From the NCBI GenBank assembly GCA_002104905.1, contig MCFE01000085.1, positions 114,076 through 178,075 on the forward strand: 64,000 bases of DNA, written 5' to 3'. Each line of letters begins with the position of its first letter. Positions within the stretch are counted from its first letter, which is position 1. Source of the DNA: Basidiobolus meristosporus CBS 931.73. Taxonomy: Eukaryota > Fungi > Basidiobolomycota. This document shows, in pieces, positions 11,801-25,200 of the stretch. The notes beneath the pieces were generated by a model. That model had not been told where the DNA came from, made no database searches, and saw only the letters and a list, made by a program, of their open reading frames with translations. The position numbers were made by a program, and so were the translations under genes.

Positions 11801-14561
11801 CGATACGGAGTCGGAAGAAAAAGCTACGCCTCAGGGTACTCCCGCAGCGACCAGTGAGAGTGAGAAACCCTCGGGTGATCAAGACGGAGTAGTGGCACCC
11901 ACTCCATCGGAACCATCCAAAACTCAGGCCGAGTCAAAGGAAGAAGAGGTGGAGAAGCACGTCGAGCCTACCTCAGAATCAACTGACGACGCCAAACCGT
12001 TGAGCATCAAGGAGAGAATGGCCCATCTCCCCATAAAAACTAGCCAAGAGCCACCAGGAAGTTCCAGTCCGGCTCGCCGGGTTGTGCCTCGACCCACCGA
12101 ACCAGAAAAGGAGAGCCTTGGCGCCAGCCCTGACACCAAGAAACCAGTTGATGAGCCCTCGAAATCCACTGATTCTACCGAAACTAGTCAAGATATTCCC
12201 AAGGTCGCTTCATCAGTTACCGCACTCAGAGAGAAGATGAAGCACCAATTGGTTTTGGATCCCACCAAAAAGGGGATAAGGCCTTCCGTCAACAGCAAGC
12301 CTAACCCGGGTCAAGGCGATCCAACCGACACTCCTCCCAAGAGTAGCGTCAAGGAAAGGATGGCCCAATTCTCCAACGCACCCCAAGCTAACCCAATAAG
12401 GATCAAGCCTGCCGTCTTATCGAGAAAACCCTTGCGCGCCGCCCATTCTCCTCAAAAATCACTAGACTCGGAGGACAGCTCAAACGCCGATGAATCCAAG
12501 GAGGCAGTGGAGAATACTCCGGCCTCGCCTAGCAATGTTGAAGAACCAAATCCTACCAATAAGATGTCTGGAGCCCCTGTAGGAGTCAAGGAACGTATAG
12601 CCCAGCTTCCAGTTACTCCCAAGGATGGCCTAGCAACTCCAGTCAGGGCGAAATCAGCATCAAATGCTCAGAAGATTTCTGGCTCAGGCGAATCCGTTCC
12701 ATCGAGCATTAAGAGGGCCAAGAGTGATGGCCTAGAGGCGAGTAGCTCGGTCCAGAAGAGTCCCGCCGAAGCCAACTCTGAAACATCCCGGGCCACCGTG
12801 TCGGTTAAAAACCTTCGCGCTAGTTTAGGAAACATCCCTATGGGACCGGCAATCCCCAAGAGGGCATCCAACCCACAGCCCACTGTGAAATCCCCCACTA
12901 GTCTCCATGGTAAGCAGTTGGATCAGCCAAGTGGCAATAAGGAGCTAAGCGAGCGCACAGCCCCCATTCCTGCGGCTAGTTTGGATATGCACAAGAAGAG
13001 GCCCCACCCTCGTAAAACACAAAGGAGAGCCGCCACCAAACCGGGATCCTCCACCAAACCGTCGACTCCCGCGACCGCGGAGCATCCCCCAACTGTGCTG
13101 GAAGAGAAGGCCACCAATGCCAAAAAGGAAGCAGCTCAAGATACGGCCAACGCCGAGCAACAGGCTACTTCGTCGCCGGACGATAAACCCCACCCGTCAA
13201 AAAAGCCGGATGCTGCTTCCACCTCCCCAACTGACCAACCGGAGAAGATCCCAACTCTGCAGGAGAGAAGGGCGAAGATCCTGGCCTCCACCAAGGAGGT
13301 GCCGCCGGTAGTCAGGAAAAATCCCTCTTCACTTACCCCCGCGAAAAGCTCCCGTATGGTGAACACCCTCATCAGCACCAAAGTTGAATCACCACAGGAG
13401 GCTTCAAGCACCGAGAAAGCAGATGGCGAGCAGGCCACTTCGCCACAAGGTGATGATTCCAACCCACCTAAAAAGCCGGATGCTGCTTCCACCTCCCCAA
13501 CTGACCAACCGGAGAAGATCCCAACTCTGCAGGAGAGAAGGGCGAAGATCCTGGCCTCCACCAAGGAGGTGCCGCCGGTAGTCAGGAAAAATCCCTCCTC
13601 ACTTACCCCCACGAAAAGCCCCCGTATGGTGAACACCCCCAAACCATCTACCAATATACAAGGGTCGAAACAATCGAGCGACGAGGCAACCAAACGTGTT
13701 GCTGGTATCAGTGAAAGGAAGGCCAAACTTCAATCTCATCAGAAGGAGGAGATTCCTCATCGCGGCAGCAGTCCCATAAAGCCTACCCTCACCTCGAAGT
13801 CCACCGACGCCACCAACCCAAAGCCCCGACAGGCTAACCTGAAGAAACCGGAAGTAGGGTCGGACAGTGAAGCGAGGACCCCAGATCTCAAGTCACGCAA
13901 AAGCGTCTTCGAGAAGAAAGCGCCTAGCACCCCACCCACGACAGTGAGCAAAGGAGCCGGGGTCACATCGATCCATCGCGAGGTGGAGCCCGTCAGGAAG
14001 GTATCGAGTGTCAAGTCACGTACCAGTGCGTTCGAGGCTAAAAGCGTCAACACGAGGCCAAACGAGAATCCTGAACGAGTTGTAAAGCGGATATCTGGTT
14101 CGAAAGCGAAGCCGTCGGATACCACCGAGGAAGAGAAACCCCCCAGCCTTCAGGCCCGAAAGGAACAGCTGAAGTCGGCGAACTCAAGCGCCACTCCCGA
14201 AAAGTCTAAGCTGGTCTCCAGAGGCACCCTTGGCGCCAAGCCAGCCCACATTGCCGACCCGAAGCCGGAAAAGGAAACGTCGGACGCCGCGGAGGTGGCA
14301 GAGAAGCCCAAGTCGGCGAACTCCACCGAGGAAGAGAAATCCCTCAGCTTTCAGGCCCGAAAGGAGCAACTGAAGTCAGCGAACTCAGACGTCGCCTCTG
14401 GAAAGTCCAAGCCGGTCGACAGCGCCAAGCCGACCGGTCCCGTTGATCACCAGTCGGAAAAGGAAGCAACAGAGGGTGCTTCGGACGACGACTCGGAGGT
14501 GCAAGGGATTCAAGCAAGAAAGGCGTTACTGTTTGGAGAAAAGACGGAGAAGACACAATAG
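5806..14561 (+). CDS. INP53: Synaptojanin-like polyphosphoinositide phosphatase (Sac1 domain + inositol 5-phosphatase domain + ~1,270-aa Pro/Ser/Lys-rich tail), Inp52/Inp53 family; many small exons plus one 3.8-kb terminal exon (10757-14561)
   Basis: [66 protein letters not shown] (CX5R), [53 protein letters not shown]. Exons at 9.9-10.7 kb splice in frame into the long ORF (...IAKSN|QLLDQVANP). Confidence 0.92.
13140..13640 (+). repeat. Intragenic tandem duplication, 270-bp (90-codon) period
   Basis: aaaaagccggatgctgcttccacctcccc...cgtatggtgaacacc occurs at ~13200-13370 and ~13470-13640 with only a few mismatches. The flanks are more diverged. Confidence 0.95.
14121..14392 (+). repeat. Intragenic direct repeat, 201-bp (67-codon) period ([21 protein letters not shown])
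   Basis: caccgaggaagagaaa...caggcccgaaagga...ctgaagtc.gcgaactca at 14123 and 14324. Confidence 0.9.
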
Positions 14562-14860
14562 ACATATCCAACTAGCCCCAAACCCTCCTACCTCCACCTC
14601 CACCCCCTCCCCTCCCCTATATCTCGAGAGGAAGGCTTGCCTTAGGAACATTGGTTCGCTCATTCACGCTCTCTCTCTAGTATAGCACAGAATAAACAAC
14701 CTCGGCATTCTCAAGAACGGAATAGAATAGAGTTTATTTGAATGATTAGTAAGTTCCTCTACACAGAAAATATACAGTCCCAGATGGCGTGGTCTTGGAA
14801 CAGCAATGAAGCGACGAAACCGATGTAGTCGATGCTGGAGCAGCGGGAGGTGGTTGGTGT

Positions 14861-16852
14861 TCATGGCACACTGACCGAGACGGCCGCGTTCAAGAGACCG
14901 TTCTCCTCTAACGTCCCGTCCACCTTGTCGATGAGCTGTTGGCGTAGGTACACCAACTCGATCGGCTCCGAGGCTAGTTCCGGCACGGTGGCCTTGACGA
15001 ATTCGAAGAGATGTCGGACGGGATCGTTCTTCAGGAATCGTCGGATGACACGTGATCCATCTGGGGAAGCCAACATGAGTGGTGGGTCTCACCGTGGGGC
15101 AACAATCCATTAGGGGCCTACCTGGAAGACGGAACTGTATTCTCGTGGAGTCTCCTCCGGCTGGGGGTTCGGGCCTATCCACAGGCTTGATGCCGTCAAT
15201 CACTAGATGGTTTGTTCAATCAGTAGTCTGATGGGAGGGTGACGGCATGGAATCGCGTTACCTGAGGTGGAGACGTTGTCTTCGGACTCCGGTTCGGAAT
15301 CACTAATCTCGATCGGTTCAGGAGATTTGGGTGCTGAACTGGTGGAGGCGGAATTCATGGAAGCAGCGAGGGCGATATTCAGTTGCTCTTCTTCCGAAAG
15401 GTCTTCGATATTCTTCATTGGTTCACGAGGTAAGTTGTGAGTGGGTGAGGAGGAGAGGGGCGGGGAGAGGGAGAGGGAGGGCGATTGCTCTTCGCTCCTT
15501 ACCTTGTTTCTTGGCTTCTTCGTTGCCGGTGCGTTGGCCGGTAAAAGTGTGTTGCCATCGAGGAATTCGGTGACTTGAAAATGCGTAAGTTGGGTTGGGA
15601 GGTAGATAGGGATACATGAAGCATGAAATTTCGACAAATACCATTCATCAAAAACTCAATGGGCGACACAAGGGTATTCCACACTTTCATCCGCTCTCCT
15701 AAGGATTGGTGAAGGAATTGGTGAGGGGGGGCGCTAGGTTGATAAACGCAAAAGATGCTCTGTACCAGTGCGAGGATCGATGATGGCAATATGAGGATAA
15801 TTCTCGATGGGATAGAATGTCAGGTATTTTTTCCCCTCGACACTATCTGAACTGAACTGTGCAGTTCATCTTCTACGTTAGAACCAGCGAAATGGGGCAT
15901 GATCTTGGTATGGCCATCTGACCTGTAGAAATAGGAAGTTCTCCTTGATGATGTCTTGAACGGTCTTGTCGCTCCAGAGATCTCTATTCAGGATCTGGCA
16001 CACGAACTCGGAGACCTCCTGGATATTGACCATGAGCCACTTCCCTTGGGATTTTGCAGTGTTGCGGGTCTATTCGACGAGAATTTGGTGAGCTTAGCAA
16101 GTGGAAGAACCCGTTGTCCGGACAACCGTACTTGTTCAAAATCTTGGTTGGACATGATGTCGAAAGGAGGTTTGAACAGGTCGGCAAGTCTGCTGGTATG
16201 CTCTGAAGAAGCTATGGAACAGGATGGGGGCCCTTGGTTTTAGCGAAAAACTTCCACACCGACTAGACCTGTGCACCAACCTGAGCCTCTAATGGTGGCC
16301 GCCTCGGCAGCGAAATCTCGAAATGCCTCGCGTGGTCTGGCATCCATGGAGTCGAGTTGGTTGAATATAGAATGAGGGGGAGCTGGGACAGAAGATCAGT
16401 TCAAACGGCCTTCGACCGACAAGTGCTGAAGTGGAAGTTACCTCTCCGATTTGACCTGTAGACTGAGTTGAAGGTTTCCTCTTCGTAGTTGGCGGAGTCT
16501 CCGATCAGAGTGTCCATTCTAGAGGCAATTGGTGCTCGAACGGTGTCTTGTTCAGCCAGCCTTCGGGCCATTTCAGCATCACTCTCCGTGGTATTTGGTG
16601 TAGGCATATCATCCTGCACATGGGAGGAGTGGGTTCCAGTCAAGTCAGCCCCACCGCTTTCTAGGTAAAGTGTGATGGCCTGCTCAACATTCCCCTCGGA
16701 CACCTTTCGAAAGCAAACACCAGGTTAACCTCAAGAAAGCGTTCAATCAAGGGACAACAACGTACAGTTAGATAGCTATTGGCCACTTCGGGGGAAGCAT
16801 TCGTTATCTGACAGAAGTTTGCGATAAGTTCCGGATCAAAAAGGTCGCCCAT
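14861..16852 (-). CDS. UBX5: UBX-domain Cdc48/p97 adaptor (UBA-UAS-UIM-UBX; Ubx5/UBXN7 type)
   Basis: N-terminal UBA (ELIANFCQITNASPEVANSYL|..EQAITLYL), LADLFKPPFDIM, UIM (SEEEQLNIALAAS), UBX (TRIQFR.PDGSRVIRRF). Confidence 0.88.
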
Positions 16853-17114
16853 GTTGAACACGCAGAAAAAGCTAGTCTAATAATAAGAGAGGTTCCAAGG
16901 AAATCTCCACAAATACCTTGGATTATGACGTGGTCTAATCTATTACAAGTTAAGAACGAGAAAAATGGGTTCACATCACGCAAATTCATCAATTTGGCCA
17001 TCAATTGCGATTAGTTTCTTGCGCAAGCGTTAGGGAATGTGCCAGCCTGCTGTCTAACATGATGAATAGATCTATGCTAAATTGGCATTTAACTGCATTT
17101 ATTGATGTCAAAGA

Positions 17115-18120
17115 CTAGAGCCGAAACTGCGACCAAAACGGATGTTCCAGCGGCATGGCTAGCGTACTAACAACAATCTCATTGTCTCTGGAATCCAGGT
17201 AATGCAATTCCTTGATACCGAGCTCCCGGAGGTACTCGTACAGCTTACCGTAGTGCATCCCTACGTCGCCAGGGCCATGGCTGTCATCAGAGATGGTCAC
17301 CCTACCTCCTTTGGCAAGAATCGCCTAGTCAATCAAGTCGCGGGTAAGCAGGCGGCTTGCAATCATCCAGGTTACGTACTTACCTCCAGCACATCCTTCC
17401 CAGGATATGGGTATTTCAAGCCCTTCTTCCAAGCTCGAGAGTTGATCTCGAACAGCCCGCCGTAGCTAATTACATAATCGATGTTCCGCATCATTTTCTC
17501 CCGAATGCTATCCGTCACAGGGGTGTTCGGCGCGAAGATACGGATCAGATCGAAATGGCCCACTACCAAGGGCTTGACGCTGGTGAGCAACTCGTACTGC
17601 GCATCGAAATACGCCTCAAAGAGGCTCGAGGGGCCGCCGGCTTTTTGAGTTGCGACGGCGTACAACTCAGTGTCGAAGTCGATGGGAGTCTCTAATACGT
17701 GGTGAAGTGAGCCAACCAGGTAGTCCAGCTGGTAAGTCTTCTCTATCTCTTTAAGCTCTTCTGCGAATTCCGGATAAATGAACTCGGTCTCCGCGCCGAT
17801 AAGCAACTTGATTTGGGAGCTGTATTTTGCTTGCAGACGACGTGCTTCCTTGACGAAACCTTCGAATTGGGTTAAGAGATCGGCAGGTTGAAGATGTTGC
17901 TGCGGGTTGAAGCTGTCAGGTCATCTGAGTAATGTGTCACTCTAAAAAAACCCGGGTTTACCTCTTCGGGATACAGGTCCTGGACTCTTTTGCGAGGGAC
18001 ATGCTCAGTGAGTCCGAATACAAGAAACCCTTTATCAATGGCCGCCAACACTACTTCCTCTAAGGTTCCCTTCGCATGAAGACAGAATTGGCCCGAGTGG
18101 CTGTGAAAAGAGAAGGGCAT
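17115..18120 (-). CDS. HIS2: Histidinol-phosphate phosphatase, PHP family
   Basis: FHSHSGQFCLHA, FGLTEHVPR, LIGAETE, VGSLHHV, VVGHFDLIRIF, FEINS, SDDSHG; two introns. Confidence 0.92.
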
Positions 18121-18387
18121 GTTGGGAAACTACTTTGCAACTAGAGGGGGCGGGATGATGTGGGATTTCAAAGAAAATAGCCCGATGACTGAATATGGGT
18201 CATGGAGGCGATTGTTATCATGGTCGGATCAGTGATGTTGATTGAAGATCGCATTTGTTGGCATTTATTGGGAATGAAGTAAAGTACAGAGAACCAAATA
18301 TGCTGATCGGTGTTAATGGAAGGGCTGGTGGATTGTATGATAATCTAAAATCGAGCAAGTGACCACAATCAAACGGGCGGCCTAAGC

Positions 18388-21300
18388 TCACGAGGAAGTC
18401 GCGTTGATCTTGCGGCGTAGTGCGGACAACCTATTGGATATGGAGACAATAACTGACCAAAGGTGTGAGCATCGGTCGTACGAGATCCCAACAAGATCAC
18501 TTACATTTGTTGATAGTCCGGCGATCCTCTTCGTCCATGCTACGTTCCTCGTTGGCATCCAATAGAGCCGATAACATCCAGATGGCTATCTGATATGATC
18601 TCTCACAATCAGCAACATCCTCACCAACAAGCTCGTTCACCGCGGCCAAACGGCTCTAAGGTTGGCATTTCCCTTGTCAGCAGACAGCTTCAAAGTGGGG
18701 GAAAGACACTAATACAAGCTTACCGTTTCCAGGGCATAATCGTACATAAGTTTCTCGACGCACACCTTGGTTTCGTCGGCGTGGAGAACCTTCAGTTTAA
18801 CAAAGTCGGCCTTCTCCAGACTTTCGTTGAATTTGTCCCGCATCCACTGGACGGCTAAAGGGGAGTTAGAATATCATGGCGCGGAATATACGAGCGTTGT
18901 TTAATTAAATACCGTCGTTCAGCCTAAGTGACGTTGATTTGATCCCGGAGCGGTCTCGTGTTGTGTTGTCCCAATATGCCTTGGCGGCATCCAGGCCTGA
19001 CTGAAGGATAGCAAGTGCTTTAAGGTAGAGTGCAAATGCCTCTGCTCCGGTTTTGCCCGAGACTTCCTCCGTTCCTAGATTCTCAATTTCTTTCGTGGCT
19101 TCTGGACGGGGCGGGGTTAGCTCCGTGAATTTCAAGTTGGCTAGATGAAGCACCGCATGCGCTTTGTATGCCGCGTTTTCGACCGTCTTAATGACGGAGT
19201 CCTGATTGCAATACGTCGTTTAGTCAAATCATGATATGGGCATGGCTGTGGGTTGGTGTGGTTACCGCTTCGGTGTTCGAATCATATTTGGGCACGCCCC
19301 CCTTCGAGAACGAGAGCTCCCGGTAGGGTGGTGATTGACCAGTTCGACCAAGAAGCCTAGCTGAAGCTGTGGAGATTGCCCTGGCCAGTGCAGAAGGCGT
19401 TGCTCCGCTGGCCCAGCCTGATGGGTTGGAATAGCTGCGGTCCCGCACACTTCCGCTGTTTGCACCAGTCGTGTTGTATTCCATCTTGTTGAATACTATG
19501 GGAGGCGAGTTTGACATTCCCTGATACTGAGATATCGCACTATCGGACTTCCGGTAGGGAAGTGGGATCGGGACAACAGGGGAAGGCTGGGGTGGATTTC
19601 GAGTGATTTTGGAGGCGTGTCTAGGGGAGGCGGCCAGCTCTATTGTAGCGAAAAAGTTAGGCCACTCGTAGTTGAAATCAATTGTTAGTGCTTACCGTCA
19701 GCTAGCGCGTTGACCTCGACTGATCGCTTCTCTATTACTACGTACTCTCTCTCAAATAAGATCTCGTCCTCCACTCTGTTTGAGGGCACATACTGATCTC
19801 CAGCCTCTTTGTCATCACGGCTAGATGATCGATGTGGCACTTTCCTTGGATGGATTCTTGGCGCGCTAGGCTTAGAGTCTGTTGAGGCCGGGTGTATCAG
19901 GAGTGAGCTGGGTGGAGATCCCGAATCGTCATTTGGAGACTCCACCACTTTGTAATGATCCATCTTCAAATCACCCATGCCATCGTTGGATTTTCTGCTA
20001 GGGCCAATGAGACGAGGTGAAGAGGCTCTCGGGATTCTAGAAGGGGGTTAGTAAGTCGAATAAAAGAAGACGTCCGAGACGCACCTCTCCGCTGGAGTGT
20101 CATAGGGTGATCCGCGGACACCGCTATCCGAGGAGAAATGTCTGGTATTGAGGGCGTCAAAACTTCCGGAATGTCGGTTGTTGGTAAGATGCCTAGGTAC
20201 TTTGGCAGCAAAAATGTATTAGTTGATGAATGAGCTTTCCAAGCAACCTTCCATACCACTTTCGACGCCAGCACCGGTGTTTCTGAGGTTTCGGGAAATC
20301 CCGGTAATGTATGGGTGGGAGAAGAACTCTTCAAAAGACATTCGCTCGTTTGGGTTTCTCTTTAGCAGGCGTCGTATAAGATCCATCAGCTCTTCGCTTA
20401 TCAGAGAGACCCGACGATGCTCGGAGTTTAATGGAGAGGAGGAGAGTCTACTAATATGGCTGTCGTGGCCTTTGGCCTTGTCCGCATCTATGCCTGGGAA
20501 TTTGATATGGTCATTACACTTCTCGATTCTCTTCAGCAGGTCAACATGGTTCTGAGCTCTGAAGGGAGGCTTTCCAACGGCTAACTCGTAGAGCACTGCG
20601 CCCACACTCCATAGATCTGCCTTTGCGTCGTATTTTTCGTAGCGCAGAATTTCTGGCGCCATATACAAGGGTGAGCCGCAGAGCGTGTCAGCTAAGGTAT
20701 GTGCTGGAAGCGACCTAGCAAATCCAAAATCCGCGATCTTCAGAACGGGCAAATGCTCTAGGTCAAGAGACTCCGATTGCTGCGCAGGATTTGGAGTGAG
20801 AAGAAGATTCTAATGATGTTTAGTATTAGCGAGTGAGTTCATGCGGGCACTAGAGTCTGTCAGCAACCCACCTGTGGCTTGATATCCCGGTGGATCAAAT
20901 TTTTTGACCGTAGGAATTGTAATGCAGAAGCTAGAATCATGGTTTTAGTGGTTAGCTGATACTCAACACGCCAGACACAAAGCCACCAACCTAGCTGCTT
21001 TAAAAAGTGCTTGACAATCCTTTCGTCAAGTCCGCCCGCCCGCCCTTCGATTCCTTGTATCTCTTTACGTTTCTTGATTAGGTTTGACAGATCGCCCATG
21101 GAGCAATACTCCATGACAAGATGTATATGGCTGTCGGATTTCTATGTTAAGGGTCGTCGCTCTCGTCAGTACGGATCTGGCATTGGCAGGGGCTATTTTT
21201 AAGCACATACCACACAATCAACCAAACCAACAATATTAGGATGTTGGATCGCTTTGAGAATGGAGATCTCCGATTCCAGACTTTCGAGTAGCTTGCGGGT

Positions 21301-21516
21301 TAGTTTTGAGCGTAATACTGATTTGATGGCTACGGGTGTTTTTGTATCCTTATAAAGAAGGGAGTTAGGGCTGAAACGTGCTTGCATGTGAATCGGACAG
21401 CCAGTTCAACGTATGTTGGTCATATTCATTCTTACCTTGCGCTTTCCTTTATATACAGTGGCGAAGGAGCCTCTACCGATCTCCTGGCCAATCTCGTATG
21501 CGCTTACGCTATCCAT
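18388..21516 (-). CDS. ATG1: Serine/threonine kinase Atg1 (autophagy), with C-terminal tandem MIT/EAT region
   Basis: [116 protein letters not shown]-terminal [12 protein letters not shown]. Confidence 0.93.
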
Positions 21517-22249
21517 TTAGACGGTATATATCAGCTCAGAAAAGAATACTTGAGGGAAAAGACGAGGGATAGGGTAATAAAAGGGCAGTACAGAGGAAAA
21601 TGAAACGGCAATTCGGAGGCAGTACTCAAAAGAGATGAGAAAGATTATGTGTACAGGATAGCAAAGGGGAAGGGGAATGAAAATGAAGATGGAGATGAAT
21701 GTAAAAATGAGATAAAGGAAGGTAATCTTTGAAAATGTTATGTGCAACAGCGTAATGCTGGCTGTCATTCCTGTCGGTTAATAAATATATTATTAGCAAT
21801 TCAAAGCTTAGAAATGGGAATTAGCAGTCCTGTGATCTGATGGTCATATAGCAGGATCCATGTGACCTGTTGCTGCGAACGTGATCTCCTAGAGTCAGTA
21901 GGATTTCAGAGACAGCCGACCTTGACCATCTTCAGTAAATCATTTGACCAAAGCATCAGTTCCACAGGCTTCAGTTTAATGTTTTACATCGAACCAGCTG
22001 CACAGTTACTGAGCTCCGCTAGGTGATCACACCAGGCTGCTGACAAGGGTGCCGAGCGAGGTTGAAACCATGCCTTGGCTAGATCGATTGGGACGTTTTA
22101 TGTGCTTTGAGGCCGAGATGATGAATGCCCATGCACGCACATAATGAAATGTAGAGATTGGCAGGCAATTTTGGATGATTCTGAAATAGCGATTTATTTG
22201 TAAGCAACTTGTTTGAATTTTTGCATGGAGGCCACAGTGGAAATTCGGT

Positions 22250-25200
22250 TTAAGCAGATTCTTGCAACATCTTGTATCGATGCACACTGCCGTAGCTATG
22301 ATAGGCCCTTTCTGTTGGCAGACGCTTAGCCGTCTCCTTGGAATTCTCATTGCTCATGGGTTCTCCCCAACCACCGCCACCAGGAGTGCAAATGACGATT
22401 CGGTCACCTGCACCAACGATCACTGAGTTCTTACCTCCCAGGTTGACCGTGGCCCCATTCTTGCGAATCCATAAGTTCAATCCAGTTGCACCATCGTGTC
22501 CGCCATTCAGCCCATAGGGATGGAATACACGACGTTCCGAAAGGATAGACGCGTTCAGTCCAGACTCCTGGAATTCCAGGTCGCGAATGACGCCGTCTCC
22601 GCCAGCATTCAGCCCATCGCCGCCAGAGTTCGCCCGCAAGGAAAACTCCCTCAAGATTACCGGATAGCGACGTTCCAAAATCTCTGGATCGGTGATACGG
22701 GTATTGGTCATGTGAGTATGAACACCACTCTGGCCAGCCCAATCAGGGCCAGCACCACTGCCACCCGCAATAGTTTCATAATAACCCCAGCCATTCATTT
22801 GATCATCCGAATCCTTCGGATCGTACCCGAACGTGAAGTTGTTACAATCGCCTTGAGAAGCGGCACATGCTTGGAAGCATTTCAGCACAGTGTCCACCAA
22901 TCGTTGGCTCGTCATCACATTGCCACCCACTACGGCAGCAGTCTCGGAAGGAGATAGGATGGTGCTAGGCGGTATGCGAATGTCAATTGGGTTTAAACAC
23001 CCCTGATTCAGTGGAATTTCCACTCCAACTAAGCTTCGTAGGCAATAGATGATGGCACTGTGTGTGACAGAGAACGGTGTGTTGCAATTGCCATACACCT
23101 CAGGTCCAGTTCCCTCAAAATCAAACACTGCCGAGCCGTCCTCGGCGTTGATGTGGATCCTCAAGTGAATTGGAGTTCCGTCGTCCATGTGGTCCAATGC
23201 CTCCAATGGCTTTCCGTCGAACCGAGAGTAGGTCTCTTTCAGCATCTCCCGAACGGCAATCTCGGCGTTTTCTCGGATGAAGAACATGTAGGCATGAACC
23301 ACCTCCAGGCCATACTCATTGATCAAAGCCTTAACCAGGTTGATCCCTTTTTGGTTGGCTGCCACTTGAGCTTTGAGGTCGGAGATGTTGTCTTTGAGGC
23401 AGCGGGTTCCACTGCATCCAGGATATTGGGCTGGATCCTCAGCCAAGATTTTGGTGATGCCTTTCAACTGGAATTGGCCCTTCTCCACCAATTTAAAGGA
23501 CTTGACTGCCGCCCCCTCTTCATACAGTTCCTTAGAGTGAGGGGGCATGGATCCAGGCAAAATCCCACCAATATCTGCATGGTGACCTCTAGAAGCAACA
23601 AAGAAAACGATCTTCCCTTGATCAAACACAGGGGTTATGACGGTGATGTCAGGGAGATGTGAGCCACCGGCAGTTGGATGGTTGGAAAGAATCACATCCC
23701 CTTCGTAGAGGTCGTCCTTGTAGTACTCCAGTTGATAACGAACAGCGTGACTCAAACTGCCCAAATGTACCGGAATATGCGGGGCGTTTGCCACCAAGCC
23801 ACCATCTGGTCCGAAGAGCGCGCAAGAGAAGTCCAATCTCTCTTTGATATTGGTAGAAATGGCAGTTTTCTGCAACGTACGGCCCATTTGCTCGGCAATA
23901 CTCATAAAGCGATGGGAGAATATGGACAGTTGGATAGGGTCGAGCTCCGCAGTAATGGCTGCCTTGTTGCCATCCCCCAAGGTGATCATTACTTGACTGG
24001 AAGTAATGAGGGCAGTGCATTCTGGCTCAACAAGAATCGTACTATTGGCATCAATGATCATTGCAGGGCCGATCACGTTCTCGCCCACCTCAAGGTCCTC
24101 CAGTTTATAAACAGGAGTTTCCTGGCGCCCACCTTCGAAGTAGATAGATGTCGTAAGCGCAGCTTTTGAGGCATCCACAGGTTTGATGTGGAGCTTGACA
24201 GCCTCCTTGTAAACAGATTCGTCAAGGTTCTGCTCACTACTTCCAATACCACGAATACGAATGTCGTCAACGATGATCTCACGATCAGTGAGGACGAACC
24301 CGAACTCTTGTTGATATTGCTTTTCAAAGCTAGATGAGAAATCCCAGCTATCGTCAGGTTTAAGAGTCATCATAGCACAGTCTGTACCATTGTATCTCAA
24401 ATTAAGATAAATCTCACAACTGATATGTTCATCGGAAAAGCCTCGGCCTTCCAGTTCTTCCTTACACAACTTGGTCAAGGCCTCCACTTTCTGTTGAATA
24501 AGCTTCATGGATTTCTCGGAATAAGTCACGGCACTAGGCTCTTGGATCTCGTGAACCACCTGAGCAAGGCCAAGCCCGTAGGCTGAAAGAACAGAAGAAT
24601 ACCGGTGAACAAGAATCTTACGGATGCCTAGGGTGCGAGCAATCGCGCAAGCATGCTGGCCGCCGGCGCCACCAAAGCAGGCGAGGACGTGATTGCCAGT
24701 GTCGTATCCCTTGGCTTCGGTTAGTGCGCGGATAGGTCTGCACATGGTTTCGTTGGCAACACGGATGAATCCATAAGCAATTTCGTCGATCGATTTCTCG
24801 TTTTCGTTGTGTTCGCTGTTGATTTCCTTGGATAGGGCTTCAAAGTTCTTACGAGAAGCCTCAGCATCCAGGGCCTCATCCTCGTTGGGACCGAATATCT
24901 TCGGGAAAAAGTCGGGAACCAGCCTGCCTAGAATGAGATTGGCATCGGTAACTGTAAGAGGGCCACCCTTCCTATATACAAGTTAGCGCCTGAGTGACTA
25001 GATAAGCGTGGAATGGTTCGCATACCTGTAGCATGTGGGTCCTGGGTGAGCACTAGCGCTCTAACGAATCAATGATTAATGGTATTGTAGGGCTAATCAT
25101 TCCACAAAGAATCCCAAACCTCCGGTCCGACAACAAACAGACCATTTCTGTAAAACAATCTAGATCCGCCTCCAGCAGCTACGGTATTAATGTCCAACTG

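Noticed and set aside
10761-14561. Treating the 1266-aa ORF as an independent gene
   Set aside because: It lacks an ATG at its start, and upstream small exons splice into it in frame from the 5-phosphatase domain.
14575-14625. G-quadruplex in the C-rich tract between the convergent synaptojanin and UBX5 genes
   Set aside because: Only three closely spaced G3+ runs are present; the fourth needs a long loop. It is consistent with ordinary low-complexity UTR.
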